64,000 nucleotides of DNA, taken from positions 1 through 64,000 of IMG/VR virus record IMGVR_UViG_3300018916_000001. The stretch is one strand, 5' to 3'. This document shows positions 10,246-21,900 of the stretch, piece after piece. Source of the DNA: a virus. Made by a program: the position numbers and the translations under genes. Every line of letters starts with the position of its first letter. Position 1 is the first letter of the stretch. The notes below the pieces were generated by a model. It searched no databases. It had not been told where the DNA came from and saw only the letters and a program-made list of their open reading frames with translations.

Positions 10246-11412
10246 CTACTTACTTAAATAACCTGTACCTGTCTCTAACGCTTTATCTCGAAGTTTCATA
10301 ATCTCTTCTTGTAGATTATCTCTTTCTTGTGTTAGAGAATCTGGAACTTGAATATTAGAAACTTTTTCTATGGACTTATTCAAGTTTCCATACAATCCCA
10401 ATATCATTGTTCCCTTTTGAGTAGTCGGAATCTTTAAATTACCACTATATTCATCCATCTTTTTAGAAATTTCCCTCACATCTTTCTTTACTTTGTCTAA
10501 CAATTCAGTAGCTTCTCTAGTAACTCTGACTCTTTCCAAGTTAGCGGCTAAATCATCAAGAATATCATCAGTACCAGGAATGAATTTAAGACTCCATAAG
10601 TCATCTTCTTTAGCTTCTGTTCTTCCTTGGATAGTAGCCGAAGCTCTTAAAGAACTAAGACACACCATTGCTTGACGAGGACTAATCCATTGTCCTTTGC
10701 TATGTGCATCAGCAATCAATCCAGCTAATACTTTCTTCAAATCGAAAGAGATAGACACAACAGAAGAATTGTTATCCGCAGTTATAAACAACTTGTAAAA
10801 ATCATCCTGTTTGTATGAATCCCATTCTACACACACCTGAAGAGGAAATCTTTCTACTAGGGCTTCGTAACTTGAACCCATCTCTGCGATTTCTCCCGGA
10901 TGGCGATTTGTGGCAGCAATGAGTTGGAGCGTCTTCATCTCGAAGGATTGATGGCCGTTATTTAACCTGCGAGAAGTCAATGTATCCTTAAGCGATAACA
11001 AGACAATAGGAGGAGCATCATACAACTCTTCAAAAAGATAATTGTGATAATTTAGAAAGCTCCACTCAGGTTTATATTCTTGACGAGGATCTTCACTACA
11101 ATTGAGTGCTTTTAAGTCTACACCTCCGTAAATACGTCCTTCATTCATTCCCTCACCAAACGATTGGATTCCATAATCTTCTTGATATTCTTTCTTACGT
11201 GTTTCAAATACCTGCCGAACCATTTCACTCTTACCATGTCCACCACGACCGTATAGTAGGACTGGAATTGGTTTTCCAATAGACGCAGATGAATAAGATA
11301 GTGAGAGAATTTCCTTCACTTTATCTGCGTAAACAAAACCTTTTAACGCTTGCTCAATTTCGGGAAGAATGAATTTGTTAGTCATAATTTTTAGGGTTAG
11401 ATACTTGAACAA
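10246..11412 (-). CDS. MoxR/RavA-like AAA+ ATPase
   Basis: Walker A GRGGHGKS, Walker B YLFEE, IAATN, ALVERF, ISPR. Confidence 0.85.
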   Translation of the reverse strand: MFKYLTLKIMTNKFILPEIEQALKGFVYADKVKEILSLSYSSASIGKPIPVLLYGRGGHGKSEMVRQVFETRKKEYQEDYGIQSFGEGMNEGRIYGGVDLKALNCSEDPRQEYKPEWSFLNYHNYLFEELYDAPPIVLLSLKDTLTSRRLNNGHQSFEMKTLQLIAATNRHPGEIAEMGSSYEALVERFPLQVCVEWDSYKQDDFYKLFITADNNSSVVSISFDLKKVLAGLIADAHSKGQWISPRQAMVCLSSLRASATIQGRTEAKEDDLWSLKFIPGTDDILDDLAANLERVRVTREATELLDKVKKDVREISKKMDEYSGNLKIPTTQKGTMILGLYGNLNKSIEKVSNIQVPDSLTQERDNLQEEIMKLRDKALETGTGYLSK

Positions 11413-11498
11413 ACTACTTTACTTAAGACTTTTATGGATAATCTTAGAGATAAAGTAAGACCTCCACTAAAACAACCAATCTTAGTAGAGGTGAGATA

Positions 11499-11840
11499 TT
11501 ACAGCTTAGCTACTCTATCTAAGTAGTAATTTACTTTTCTATCTTGTTCCTTAACTAGCTTAATAAGTTCTCTAGCATCTTTTAGCAATTGTTCTAGTAA
11601 CACAGTCTCGTCATTAGACCAAAGTTCTAAAGTATCCCGGTCAGCTAGCCCTGCAAAACTTATAAAAACTAAAGGATCTTTTGGATGTTGATATCCTAAT
11701 TCCCTATTTTCTGATTCCGATATACACTTAAATTTAGAACTACTACGAGACTTAATATAACTTAATACACTAACATCCTCAAGTAGTTTTTTCTCAAGTG
11801 CAAGAATAATAGTCTCTAAATCTTTGGAATTCACTTTCAT
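11499..11840 (-). CDS. hypothetical protein
   Basis: 113-aa ORF with SD GGAG. Confidence 0.6.
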   Translation of the reverse strand: MKVNSKDLETIILALEKKLLEDVSVLSYIKSRSSSKFKCISESENRELGYQHPKDPLVFISFAGLADRDTLELWSNDETVLLEQLLKDARELIKLVKEQDRKVNYYLDRVAKL

Positions 11841-11899
11841 TATTTTTCTCCAAATAGTTTAGTCCCTAGAATTACGACAACTCTAAGGACTTGATTCTT

Positions 11900-12166
11900 T
11901 TACTTATGAAAAGTTACCGCATTTACTACATTGTTTAAGCAGTAAGGAGTTATCCCCTTCTTTCTCATTCGATTATACAAACTTGCTACCTTATTACCTG
12001 TCTCTAAATCAATAGAAAGGTAAGAGATAACATTTGAGCTATCTATTTCTTCTTTTTGAGATATAACTTTTGCACTAATCCCATTTTCTCCACTAATTAG
12101 AACTACTGCATTCCCAATATTGGTTTTAGGTAGAGAGACTGTCCATTTCCAAGTTCTAGTCAACAT
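11900..12166 (-). CDS. hypothetical protein
   Basis: 88-aa ORF with SD AGGAGG. Confidence 0.6.
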   Translation of the reverse strand: MLTRTWKWTVSLPKTNIGNAVVLISGENGISAKVISQKEEIDSSNVISYLSIDLETGNKVASLYNRMRKKGITPYCLNNVVNAVTFHK

Positions 12167-12220
12167 AATCTAACCTCCTAAGAAAATAAAAATTACTCTC
12201 AAGCCTTACAATCGGTTTAC

Positions 12221-12967
12221 TTATTGAACATTAAACGTATGGTACAAGTCTAACAATAATAGAAATCCTCTAGCTTCTTTTCTCCCATCCAGATCTCCAA
12301 TAGAAGATAAAGAACCTAATTCTAGTAAATCGTGTACTTTTCTACCCAAGTTATATCCAATAGCCGTCAATCCTCTCTTAAGAAACTCACTTTGTTTAAC
12401 TATTTCTTTAAATCTATCAACATCTCCTAAAATTAAAACTTCTCTCTCTTGTTCAGGTATATTTTTCCATAATTCAGAGTCACTAGATAGTAAATTAAAC
12501 GACTTAATAATAATTTCCATAGTAATAGAAACTACAGAAGGAGAGCCATAACTAAAAGATTCTTGTTTTGTCTCTTCTTGGATATCTACAGTTAAATCTA
12601 ATGTTTCCAATCTAAAAGCTATATCTTTTACTAGCTCCATCATTTTCTCTTTGTTTCTACCAATCTTAGGATGCTGACTTCCGGGTATTACAAACTTGTT
12701 GTCATATCGAGGAGGTAACGAGTCTTCCTTGATAATCTTATCTTTCTCTATTTTTCCAAATGCTAGCTCAAATACTACTGGAGGTACACTTGCCATCACT
12801 TCACAAATTTCCTCAGATGCAAGTTTTAAAGGAAGACTCCAACCACCAGATTCTAAATTCTTTAGAAGACCACGAACTAAAGAGTATTTGTCAGTATCGG
12901 TACTAATAAGAAAACCGTTTTCGTCAATAGCAGAAATCTGAACATCGCTTCTTTCTAGAATAGCCAT
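12221..12967 (-). CDS. hypothetical protein
   Basis: 248-aa ORF. Confidence 0.65.
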   Translation of the reverse strand: MAILERSDVQISAIDENGFLISTDTDKYSLVRGLLKNLESGGWSLPLKLASEEICEVMASVPPVVFELAFGKIEKDKIIKEDSLPPRYDNKFVIPGSQHPKIGRNKEKMMELVKDIAFRLETLDLTVDIQEETKQESFSYGSPSVVSITMEIIIKSFNLLSSDSELWKNIPEQEREVLILGDVDRFKEIVKQSEFLKRGLTAIGYNLGRKVHDLLELGSLSSIGDLDGRKEARGFLLLLDLYHTFNVQ

Positions 12968-13037
12968 AATTTTTAAGTAATATAAAGGACAAATAAAAAA
13001 GAGAAGATAGTGACAATTACTACCTTCTCATCAAGCT

Positions 13038-13352
13038 CTAGCAATTATAAAGAGTAGCACTGCATAACTGATAAGTTAGTCTATCTGCTTGTTGTAGTAG
13101 ATAATAACTATTACAAAGCTTATGAGTATCTACTTGAATCGTGATTATCTCAGTTCGTTGTTCTTTCTTTCCACAAATAAACTCACCTTCTTCAATTAAA
13201 TCGTAATCAATACTTCCATCGCGGTTTATTTTAGTAAAAATTGCACAAGAGTAATCTACAATGTTTTCGTCTTTCTCATCGTAAGGTCGAGTAGAACTAT
13301 TTTCTAATTTTCTGACTACTTGACGATAAGTTGAGTCATAGTATTCTGGCAT
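13038..13352 (-). CDS. hypothetical protein
   Basis: 104-aa ORF with SD AAGGAG. Confidence 0.6.
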   Translation of the reverse strand: MPEYYDSTYRQVVRKLENSSTRPYDEKDENIVDYSCAIFTKINRDGSIDYDLIEEGEFICGKKEQRTEIITIQVDTHKLCNSYYLLQQADRLTYQLCSATLYNC

Positions 13353-13416
13353 TTGTTTCTCCTTATTTTGGAAACGTAATATTTTCTTTTATTCAATGAG
13401 TAATAATTAAAAAATA

Positions 13417-13989
13417 TTACACTTTCCTCTTATAACTCACTAAATAATCGTGCATCCCAAACCACTGTGGAATACTTATAGAACATACTTCTTCCCATTC
13501 TTCTTCTAGTAAAGAAAAGAAATTACCATCTCCAGTACATCCTCCACATCCTTCACCTACAAAAATGAGTTGATTACCTTTATAAGTCTTTAAACAATCA
13601 TAAGCAAAAGAAGTATTATAAGGTGGCCAACAGAGAAATAAAGTATGTTCAGGATAATCAGCTAATATACCGACTGAATCAATCTTAGTAATTTCGTACC
13701 ATTGATTTTTACACCAATGATTATCATAAGGAGATTCATCAAATGCTATAACTTCTCCTCCTGAATCACTTATTAATTTAGACCAATATCCTGTACCTGC
13801 ACCCATCTCGATTATTGGAGATTGAGATACTAAATAATCAATAGCTTCTTGATTTGGAACTGCCCAAGAATAGTGATTAGTTAAAGTGTATCTTTCATCA
13901 GAACCAATAGAGTAAATAAGATTGTCATATCGTTCTCTCTCAAACTCTTTTAAATATGGATTAGCAATTTTAGTTTCAGTACAAATCAT
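13417..13989 (-). CDS. class I SAM-dependent methyltransferase-like protein
   Basis: Motif I IIEMGAGTGYW; LFLCWPPY resembles the NPPY motif IV. Confidence 0.75.
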   Translation of the reverse strand: MICTETKIANPYLKEFERERYDNLIYSIGSDERYTLTNHYSWAVPNQEAIDYLVSQSPIIEMGAGTGYWSKLISDSGGEVIAFDESPYDNHWCKNQWYEITKIDSVGILADYPEHTLFLCWPPYNTSFAYDCLKTYKGNQLIFVGEGCGGCTGDGNFFSLLEEEWEEVCSISIPQWFGMHDYLVSYKRKV

Positions 13990-14036
13990 ACTTTAATATT
14001 CGAGAGTTAGTCACTTCCTCTCATAAGACTAAGAAT

Positions 14037-15092
14037 TTATTGCTGTTTGATGAAGATTACTTTATCTTCTGGAAAATCTTTATATCCACTACTCCATCTA
14101 TCCCAATAATCAGGATGAATAGCGTATAAAAAGCTAACTTGACTAGACCAAGGAAATCTAAGTGTATCGAACTTATATCCTTTACTTTTTAGATACTCTT
14201 CAAGTTCTTCTTGATGTAGAGAAACTAAACGTTCTAGATTTCTAATGTTTGCTAGTAAATCTTTTTCATCTACTTTCTCTCTAAATGCTTTCTCAATCGC
14301 ATCTTTAAAGTGCCACTTGACACTACCTTGAGGAAAAATCTTAGAAGTACCAATAAACCAAATACCATCTTTTACTATTTCAAGTTCATAACCTTTGTAC
14401 TCAATTTTCGTTGGTTTTGAGTATTCATTCACTGCTTCTTGAAAATAGCTCACTACCAAAGTGTCTAAATAGTGATATCCTGATTTCTCAAAATTAATGG
14501 CTTCACATTTACCATGCCAAAGAATTTCATTTGTTGTCTTCTCCTTCTCTTGCCAGACTTCTAAAGTGAAATCATTGTAAACCACAGAAAATTGATTAAT
14601 TATCTTTTTGTCTACAAATTTAGGAAAATCTTCCATTAGAAAGCTTAAAGTTGTAGCACCTACAAAATACTCTAACTCTTTACATTCTCCATTAAATAGA
14701 GCATGATTGAATTTGGAAACAATTAGTTCGTAACCTTTGTGAGTAATGTTCATATTCTTCTCCAAATGTTTGTCCACTTTATCTAGAAAAGCAATGGTCA
14801 AGTCATCTATGTAATGTTCCTCTTCAAATCCAATTTCTTTGCAAACACCTGTATAAGTATGAACCATATATTCAATCTCTAAAGTAAATCCTCTATAGAT
14901 TAACTTCGATGGATCACGCTTATATGTCAATTGCTTTTTTGCTAAGTATGCACAAAATGGAAATAATAAAGAATCAATAGAAGAATGCTTCTCCACGTTA
15001 AATCCTACTTTTTTACATTTAGCAGAATAACCTTCTTTAGATTCTTCAACTTCTAAATTGAAAATACCCATGACCAATGTGAAATTTCTCAT
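14037..15092 (-). CDS. protein with five tandem HicB-like domains and a C-terminal GY.F..AIHPDY domain
   Basis: Repeats of YxG(F/Y)xLE(I/V)...G.C..(I/L)......L...F...VD. Confidence 0.65.
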   Translation of the reverse strand: MRNFTLVMGIFNLEVEESKEGYSAKCKKVGFNVEKHSSIDSLLFPFCAYLAKKQLTYKRDPSKLIYRGFTLEIEYMVHTYTGVCKEIGFEEEHYIDDLTIAFLDKVDKHLEKNMNITHKGYELIVSKFNHALFNGECKELEYFVGATTLSFLMEDFPKFVDKKIINQFSVVYNDFTLEVWQEKEKTTNEILWHGKCEAINFEKSGYHYLDTLVVSYFQEAVNEYSKPTKIEYKGYELEIVKDGIWFIGTSKIFPQGSVKWHFKDAIEKAFREKVDEKDLLANIRNLERLVSLHQEELEEYLKSKGYKFDTLRFPWSSQVSFLYAIHPDYWDRWSSGYKDFPEDKVIFIKQQ

Positions 15093-15155
15093 GATGTTCT
15101 CCTTCTCTGAATAGTGCGTGTTGAATTAGCTAGGTTAGTTACTTCCTACGTTGAG

Positions 15156-15548
15156 TTAAAAAATACGAACTACAGCCCATTTAGGAAACTCAGCATTCTT
15201 ATTCTTTTGAAATACCTCTTCATACTCAGGATTAACTGCACATCGATAGTTACCCTGATTACCTGGGATTGTATAAGTGTAAAAAGAATAGCCTAGTCCT
15301 CTCAGATAATCTTCTAGTCGGTCTTGTTTTTCCCATACTTCTTGCTGATATTGAAGTATTTTTTCTAATGCTGCTTTACGTTTATTTTTCTCTATCCTAT
15401 CTACAAAATCCATGAAACTCGTGATTAATGAACCAATATCGTCGTATCTATCAGAATAATGAAGTTTTTCACAATATCCACGGCAATTAGATTCATCGAA
15501 AGTAACAATCAATTCGTAACCTTCATGGGAAAATTTAGACTGTGACAT
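15156..15548 (-). CDS. single HicB-like domain plus the same C-terminal domain as 14037..15092
   Basis: HEGYELIV...GYCEKL...LITSFMDFVD; LRGLGYSF...AVNPEY...FPKWAVV. Confidence 0.6.
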   Translation of the reverse strand: MSQSKFSHEGYELIVTFDESNCRGYCEKLHYSDRYDDIGSLITSFMDFVDRIEKNKRKAALEKILQYQQEVWEKQDRLEDYLRGLGYSFYTYTIPGNQGNYRCAVNPEYEEVFQKNKNAEFPKWAVVRIF

Positions 15549-15565
15549 AATGTTTTCCTTTTGTT

Positions 15566-15790
15566 TTAGTTAAACTTCAAATTCTGTCGAAGTAAATTGA
15601 TATATTGTCTTCTCGTTAACTCTACTGCTACTCCAATGTGTTTAATCTCAGGAAAATCTTTCTTGACTACTACAAAGCTATATTCCTTACCAATCGTGTC
15701 ATGTGACCAACCAAAATCTGCCCAATCTCCAGTAGTATGACCTGAGCGACATTCATAACCTTGATCAATTAATTGAGATTTAGTGTCCAT
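15566..15790 (-). CDS. hypothetical protein
   Basis: 74-aa ORF with SD AGGAG. Confidence 0.6.
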   Translation of the reverse strand: MDTKSQLIDQGYECRSGHTTGDWADFGWSHDTIGKEYSFVVVKKDFPEIKHIGVAVELTRRQYINLLRQNLKFN

Positions 15791-15817
15791 GATATTCTCC
15801 TAAAGTTAAAGTGAAAT

Positions 15818-15863
15818 GTTCTACTTAGGACTTCAACCTAAGAATGAGGCAAACTCATAGAAC
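15818..15863 (-). ncRNA. minimal tRNA-like element (46 nt)
   Basis: GTTCTA-TGAG tttgc CTCA-tt-CTTAGG TTGAAGT CCTAAG-TAGAAC. Confidence 0.55.
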
Positions 15864-15889
15864 TCCAGTAGACTAACTACTATGAGAAA

Positions 15890-16420
15890 TTACCGATCAA
15901 AAACTTCACTTATCTTTCCATGAAAAACTAAAGAAGGTAAGCTATCATCTTTGACATAAACAAGCCAATTGAAAAACCCCATCAAGTCCATTCCTTCTAA
16001 TTTCTTATGCTCCATGAAATCTTTAAGAGAATCTACAAGTCTTAGATATTCACCACTTAAAGCTACCGCATCATCAAACTCGGGACTAATAAATACTACT
16101 CTTAACTTTCTAGGTTGAATTATTGAATTAACTAATTCTTCAGCAGTAGAATAAGTTTCTCCCCAACTTTGATATTCAATATCTACGTTATCTCTAATTT
16201 CCCAAGTATTTTCCTCTAGTCTAGTAATTCCTAACTTAACCATTCTTCCTCTAAAATAATCAATATACAAACCATCTTCATCTAGTTCAATATCATCTGT
16301 AGTTAATGGTACTCCTTTAAAATGTCTATCTTGATAAATACCCATGCCAACTACTTTACTTGCTTTAATGGCGTTGAGGGCAATCTGTTTTATTTGTTGT
16401 TCTGTTGCTGTAAAGTTCAT
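15890..16420 (-). CDS. hypothetical protein
   Basis: 176-aa ORF with SD. Confidence 0.65.
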   Translation of the reverse strand: MNFTATEQQIKQIALNAIKASKVVGMGIYQDRHFKGVPLTTDDIELDEDGLYIDYFRGRMVKLGITRLEENTWEIRDNVDIEYQSWGETYSTAEELVNSIIQPRKLRVVFISPEFDDAVALSGEYLRLVDSLKDFMEHKKLEGMDLMGFFNWLVYVKDDSLPSLVFHGKISEVFDR

Positions 16421-16431
16421 ATTCTTGACTC

Positions 16432-16653
16432 CTAACTATCTTCTTCTATTTGTGTACTTGAATATTGTGTGTTAGATACTCCTGCATTTCTAGCTGCTTC
16501 TCGAATATCAGATTCAGAGACATTATTAGAGACAAACACTTGACTATTTATTGCTACTGAGTTCTCTAACTTACTAGAGATTTTCTTAGCTATTTCATCT
16601 GTATCACAAAAAACTCTTAGCTCTGATTTATTCGACATTTTCTTCATCCTCAA
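16432..16653 (-). CDS. hypothetical protein
   Basis: 73-aa ORF. Confidence 0.5.
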   Translation of the reverse strand: MRMKKMSNKSELRVFCDTDEIAKKISSKLENSVAINSQVFVSNNVSESDIREAARNAGVSNTQYSSTQIEEDS

Positions 16654-17104
16654 TAAAATATGGATCTGTAAGTTCTGACCAGTTTATTACCAAAAAATCA
16701 GGATATTTAGTATCTCTCCTTTTGTTATAGTCTTTTTGGTTTTCCTTCCATTCGTCTAAGACTTGAGAGTGAACTGCAAATTCTGTTGGTACTCCTCTAT
16801 AATTTCTATCATCAACAAAGATATACTCTTCACTTATTAAGAAATCTCTTAGAAATGAGTAAAGAGATTCTAATGATTCCTTAGTCTCTTTTATTTTAGT
16901 AATTTGATTTCCAATCTTAACTGAAACTGGTAATTTCAATTCTATTTCTTGTTTTAACTCTCTTTTTGCATCTAATTGAGTTTCTAGCCAGTTTTTCCAC
17001 TCTTCTATTAACTTATAATCTCCTAATCTTTCAATAACTCTAATATGTTCTCTTGTTTCTTCAATAGATTTGTTAAGCTCTGATAGTCGTTCTTGAGAAT
17101 TCAT
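16628..17104 (-). CDS. coiled-coil protein with GY.F..AVH family domain
   Basis: FLISEEYIF...FAVHSQ...YPDFLVI. Confidence 0.6.
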   Translation of the reverse strand: MNSQERLSELNKSIEETREHIRVIERLGDYKLIEEWKNWLETQLDAKRELKQEIELKLPVSVKIGNQITKIKETKESLESLYSFLRDFLISEEYIFVDDRNYRGVPTEFAVHSQVLDEWKENQKDYNKRRDTKYPDFLVINWSELTDPYFIEDEENVE

Positions 17105-17121
17105 AATAGCTCTCTCTCTCC

Positions 17122-17550
17122 TTAAGATTCAGCCAAACGTTTATACACTTCTTCTCTTTCTTTTAGAGACTCTTCATAAACTTGTTCTACTGAATCTCCT
17201 TTCCCTCCCCAATTAAAAGACCAGTTAATAGGTAATTCCTCATAACTAAGGTTCAATAATTTTCTAATCGAAGAAGCACGATAATACTTACAACTAGCTA
17301 ATATACAAACTTTAATATATAAACCGTTACCCTCAAAATAATAATCTAACTCTTTTTCATAAGTTGCCCTATCAAAACACTTAAAAACTTCTGCTGAATA
17401 ATACGTTTTTCCAAACATTTTTATAGGTGAAGCAAAATAACTATTTAAATGTCTATCAAACATTCCCTCCATATCTACTCTACTTATAGGTTTTAGTCTT
17501 CTTTTTATTTCTATACACTGAGATGGAGTAAGATTTAACATTTTTATCAA
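17122..17550 (-). CDS. hypothetical phage protein
   Basis: 142-aa ORF. Confidence 0.6.
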   Translation of the reverse strand: MIKMLNLTPSQCIEIKRRLKPISRVDMEGMFDRHLNSYFASPIKMFGKTYYSAEVFKCFDRATYEKELDYYFEGNGLYIKVCILASCKYYRASSIRKLLNLSYEELPINWSFNWGGKGDSVEQVYEESLKEREEVYKRLAES

Positions 17551-17873
17551 AAAGAACTAGAACAAGACATTATTACACCTACCGGATATTGCTTAGTTAG
17601 TCCATATTTTAGATAATCTTCCCAATAATCAGGATGTATATAAAGATTTCCATCTGTTTTGTAACCTTTATTAATAGCTAACTCAAATATTTTTCTATTT
17701 TCAGAAGCTAAAATACTGAAAGCTTCATTGATTTTTAGACGTGACTCTTCATATTGCCTTAAAAATTCTTGATCCATTGTCTTTATCTCCAAAAAACTAA
17801 ATTTACTCAAAAAACACACATCAAGAACTAAAATCTCGTGTTTAACCTTGATTTTTACGTCAAATTTAGACAC
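17547..17873 (-). CDS. GY.F..IHPDY family protein
   Basis: NKGYK...YIHPDYWEDY...YPVGVI; true start likely MDQEF. Confidence 0.55.
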   Translation of the reverse strand: MSKFDVKIKVKHEILVLDVCFLSKFSFLEIKTMDQEFLRQYEESRLKINEAFSILASENRKIFELAINKGYKTDGNLYIHPDYWEDYLKYGLTKQYPVGVIMSCSSSF

Positions 17874-17945
17874 AAAAAAGCGCCCCTACCCCGGTTAAAG
17901 GATAAGAGCGCGACCAACTAGGAGGAAAAACAAGAGAAACTGAGA

Positions 17946-18806
17946 TTATTCGGGAGTGTTTTCGAGATTTTCAGTGAATTCTGCGAGTTCGGTAGTGGGA
18001 GTTACATCAAGTATTACCTCGGATTCCTGATTTTCTGGCTCAATCTCAGGAGTAATATCAACTAAACCACTATTTTGTTCTAGTTGTGTACTTTCATCAG
18101 TTGAATTTTCAGAAGTTGGATTAGTAGAAGGTGATAACAAAAGATCCGGCTTGTAGTGTTCTGCCATTTTGGGGATTTTCATCTGTAATTCCTGCATATT
18201 AGCTCGAAACACCTTGGCGACCTCGTTAACATCAATCACCATGTCTTCAGATAATTGACCTAACTTAGTCCCCATCTCATCTTTCACATCTTGATAAGAG
18301 ATATAAAGGACTAACATCTTAACTAAACCTGGTGTGTAACCCTTTTTAGAGCTAACAATTTTTAGATGCTCGAAAAACTCTTCAGTACATAGCCATTGAG
18401 AAAAAACATCAGATATAGACCCTGCCTCTATACCAGGGAAAGCAGTTAACAAAGGTTTGAAAATGTATGAGCTTATAGCGTTAAACTCATGATTACACAC
18501 CATTGATAACTTAAAATCCTTAGTCATGGTAAATGTGGCTAGTATCCGGCTAACTGGGTCTTTAGCGTCTTCCTCGTTCCCTCCACGTTGAAAACAGAAA
18601 GTTAATTGTTGCCCTAACTCAGAAGTAGTAAGTCTCGCTGTCAATACATCGGTCTTAGGTTTTGCTACCTCTTTGAAAATCTTAGTCTTCACTAATTGCC
18701 CATTAGTAACTTTTTCTTTTTCTGTTACTTTGGCTTTGACTACTTCTAACTGAGTGTACTCATGTGATACTTGAAACGAACCAATTTGCTTGTTGAATGA
18801 AGACAT
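17946..18806 (-). CDS. hypothetical protein with acidic disordered C-terminus
   Basis: 286 aa, SD AAGGA. Confidence 0.7.
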   Translation of the reverse strand: MSSFNKQIGSFQVSHEYTQLEVVKAKVTEKEKVTNGQLVKTKIFKEVAKPKTDVLTARLTTSELGQQLTFCFQRGGNEEDAKDPVSRILATFTMTKDFKLSMVCNHEFNAISSYIFKPLLTAFPGIEAGSISDVFSQWLCTEEFFEHLKIVSSKKGYTPGLVKMLVLYISYQDVKDEMGTKLGQLSEDMVIDVNEVAKVFRANMQELQMKIPKMAEHYKPDLLLSPSTNPTSENSTDESTQLEQNSGLVDITPEIEPENQESEVILDVTPTTELAEFTENLENTPE

Positions 18807-18936
18807 GATCTCTTTCCTTTATTGATGGTTTGCATTGATCCTAAATCACTTAATAGTTAGGTAGGATTTTACTCCCGTTACTAAGTTATTAGGGATAACT
18901 GAGATAATTTACCAGAATATCCCAGCCGTTAAATAC

Positions 18937-21900
18937 TCAAACTTTTTCTGTAACTCTCAAAGCGTCATGTAAAGCAGATAAGTGAGAAAGTACATTTTTG
19001 TGAACTAAAGATTCCCAGGTAGGTCTAGCTTTGTGTAGTTGAATGTAGAGATTGTCTATATCCATCCGTAACCACGCCTCAACCGATCCACCTCTGATAC
19101 TATCTCTCAGCTTTTGTCCTTCTTCTCTTGTTTTTTCATTCTTGAGTAATTCCTCCACTTTTTCTAGTCTTTCCCTTTGACCGACGGAAAGAATATCAAT
19201 CAACTGAATCTTAATTCTATACTCCCAGGTTTTTCTATCAGTCGGTAATAAAGACCAAGGTGTTAGCATTACTCCCTCAGAAGTTCTGAATCCTACTCTA
19301 ATCTTAGAAAGTTGGTAGAGTTCATCAATAAACTCACCCCAAATAACTTGTGTCCTATCTTTATTGTGCTTAACCTTGTGAAAGATATCTCCAATTAAAT
19401 CCCCCGGATTGGTGGTAGATAAATTAAACCCTGCGATGTTGATATACTTCCCCTTATTCCATTTCTTCCAATTGTTTACCATTGCATCGAATAGATTCTG
19501 AGCATCATGTTTATCAAATGTCTCAAGAGTTAAAAGGTTGACTAATTTTCCGAGATTGACTTCTGACTCTGAAGTGAAAGGAGTAATAAACTGATTGTAC
19601 CGTTTAGCTATTTGTGGGAAACTATTAGACTCTCTTGAGAATCCTAAAAGGTTCTTGATAGCTACTTTTGAGACAATCTTCTCTTCCTTCTCTTTAGTGA
19701 AAAGCTGAATGTTAGAGTTTACAAACTTCTGCACCAATTTATTGAGATGATTTTGTGCATCAAAAGTCTGTTTATACTCATCACATCTTAGTAAATGAGT
19801 TAAAACCTCAAGTGATTTAATTTCAACAGATGAGGCTATCTTGACCGGAATTTTACCTTGTCTTTCTTGATTGTTTACTGGTTTGGTGATGGATAGCACT
19901 TGAGTAGTTTGTACTTGACCGTTAAAGTAGACTTCAATGGTTAATCTACCTTTAGTCTTTATAATCATGTCGGCTTCTACATTGATGTATGATTTGTCTA
20001 TTTTATCTCCTTCTTTCAGTTTCCTTTTATAGAAGGGATAGACCGACATTAGATGATCTTTGATTTCTTGATTGGTAGGGTAAGACTCACCAAAATGATC
20101 TTGTAATATCTTGGGAACCCGGCGCAACCAACTCATTACTAAGGGAACACTAGACCGACGTGTATCTTTCTCATCTCCTACAATGGTTAGTGTATATGTA
20201 GGTTTTTCTTTCTCGATTTGTTCAACAATCCTTAAACTACCAATATTGTGCCATCGATAGTAGTTATCGGTATAGCTACTTTCTGGCTTGATATGTTCAG
20301 AGTTGAGTATTTCTCGGATAATCTTAGTGGACTCTAGAACGTCTAGTCTGTCAGGTTTTCTATTTTGCTTGATATTGAGTATTAGTTGCTCTAAACTCTC
20401 AACAATCCCCTTGATACTATCACTAACTTTTGCGAGTGAATCAATCTTAGTCTGTAAACTCCTGCTACGTGGTAAGAAATATTCAGAGTCAGGTAAATTG
20501 GTTACTTGCTCTTTCACTTCTTCGATCTGAACTTCAACCTTAGCTAAGTTATAAGATAAATCTTGATGATACTTAGCTACATAAGAAAATAGCTCAGTAG
20601 ACCCTAATTTATCACTCAAATAAACCGCTAAATGGTAATACGGAACTTTGACAGGCAGAGCTATTACATCCCACAAATGATCTGATTTTTTGAATGTGAG
20701 AATCATTGGGACGTTACCGATTATCCCTTTTAACTGATACTCATGGTCGTTTGTTCTAGCTCCATCAAGTCTTAGAGGTTTAGGAATCTTTCTTTCTGTA
20801 ATTGTAGCTTTTTGAGGTTTCTTAGGTTTGAGATTAGGATGGGCAAACCCTTCAAATATTCGAGGCTTAACTAAAACTTTCTCAGATGTTCTATAAGCTT
20901 CCTCATTACTGCTAGGTTTTTGGTTGAGTTTATCAAAAGCGCGATTATCCTTTGTAGTCTCATAAAGCCCATTGATACTCGGACTAAGATGCTCTAGTGA
21001 GATTTGAGCAATAGAAAGATCAGGGAATATATCAACTCCATCGGCTTCTATAACAGGATAAAGTTGATGTTCTGCAACTAACTCTGGCTGTTTCGGATTG
21101 TAGTAGTGAAGATTGCCCCCGTCAAACCAAGCAATATTGTGTGATTGTTGCTGCCAAGAGTAAGCTATTTCTCCTTGTACTTTCTTAAGATAAGTCTGAG
21201 CTAAGTAAATATTGCCCTTACTATCCTTTACTCTTATTGGGGAGATATAGAACAAATTAGAGTATAGCGGGGATGACGCTCTACCCGTTCTCTGAATAAC
21301 TGTCCCGGGTCTATTGGTAATCTGGGCGATATTTTCAGAGCGAACTAACTTTTTCTTGAGTTGACCGCTAGAGTCAATAAAAAACTCGATTGCAGGATAG
21401 GGATACACTACCAAACTGTTATGCCCTAGCTTCTTAACTTCCCTTAAAGCTTCTAGAAATTGGTTTTTCTGTCCAGTAGCAGACAGCCAAGCATTTAACA
21501 CTGAGAGAAGATCAGAAGACGTAATATTGGCAGGTTTCTTTATTAGCTTTCCTTCTTCATCATTCTGTGCAATGAATACTGGTAAATCGAGAAAATCTAG
21601 AGTAGTAGGAATAGTGGTCGGAGTTTCTCCCTTCACTTCTAAGACTTGCTCGTTAACTACTTCTGGTGCTTCTTCACTCTCAGAAATAACGATTAGAGGT
21701 TCTGTGATTTCTTCCTTAGTCTCAGATATAGACTCAGTAGTAATTTCTAGAGTTTGTTCTACTTCAACTACTGGCTCTATATCAAAGTCATCTGAGAAAA
21801 AATCCCCCAGTAAGTTAGAGTTAAATTCTGCTATTTCTATGACTTCTGATTTATCCTCTACTGCTAAAGGACTTAATACTACTACTCCATCTACCCAATT

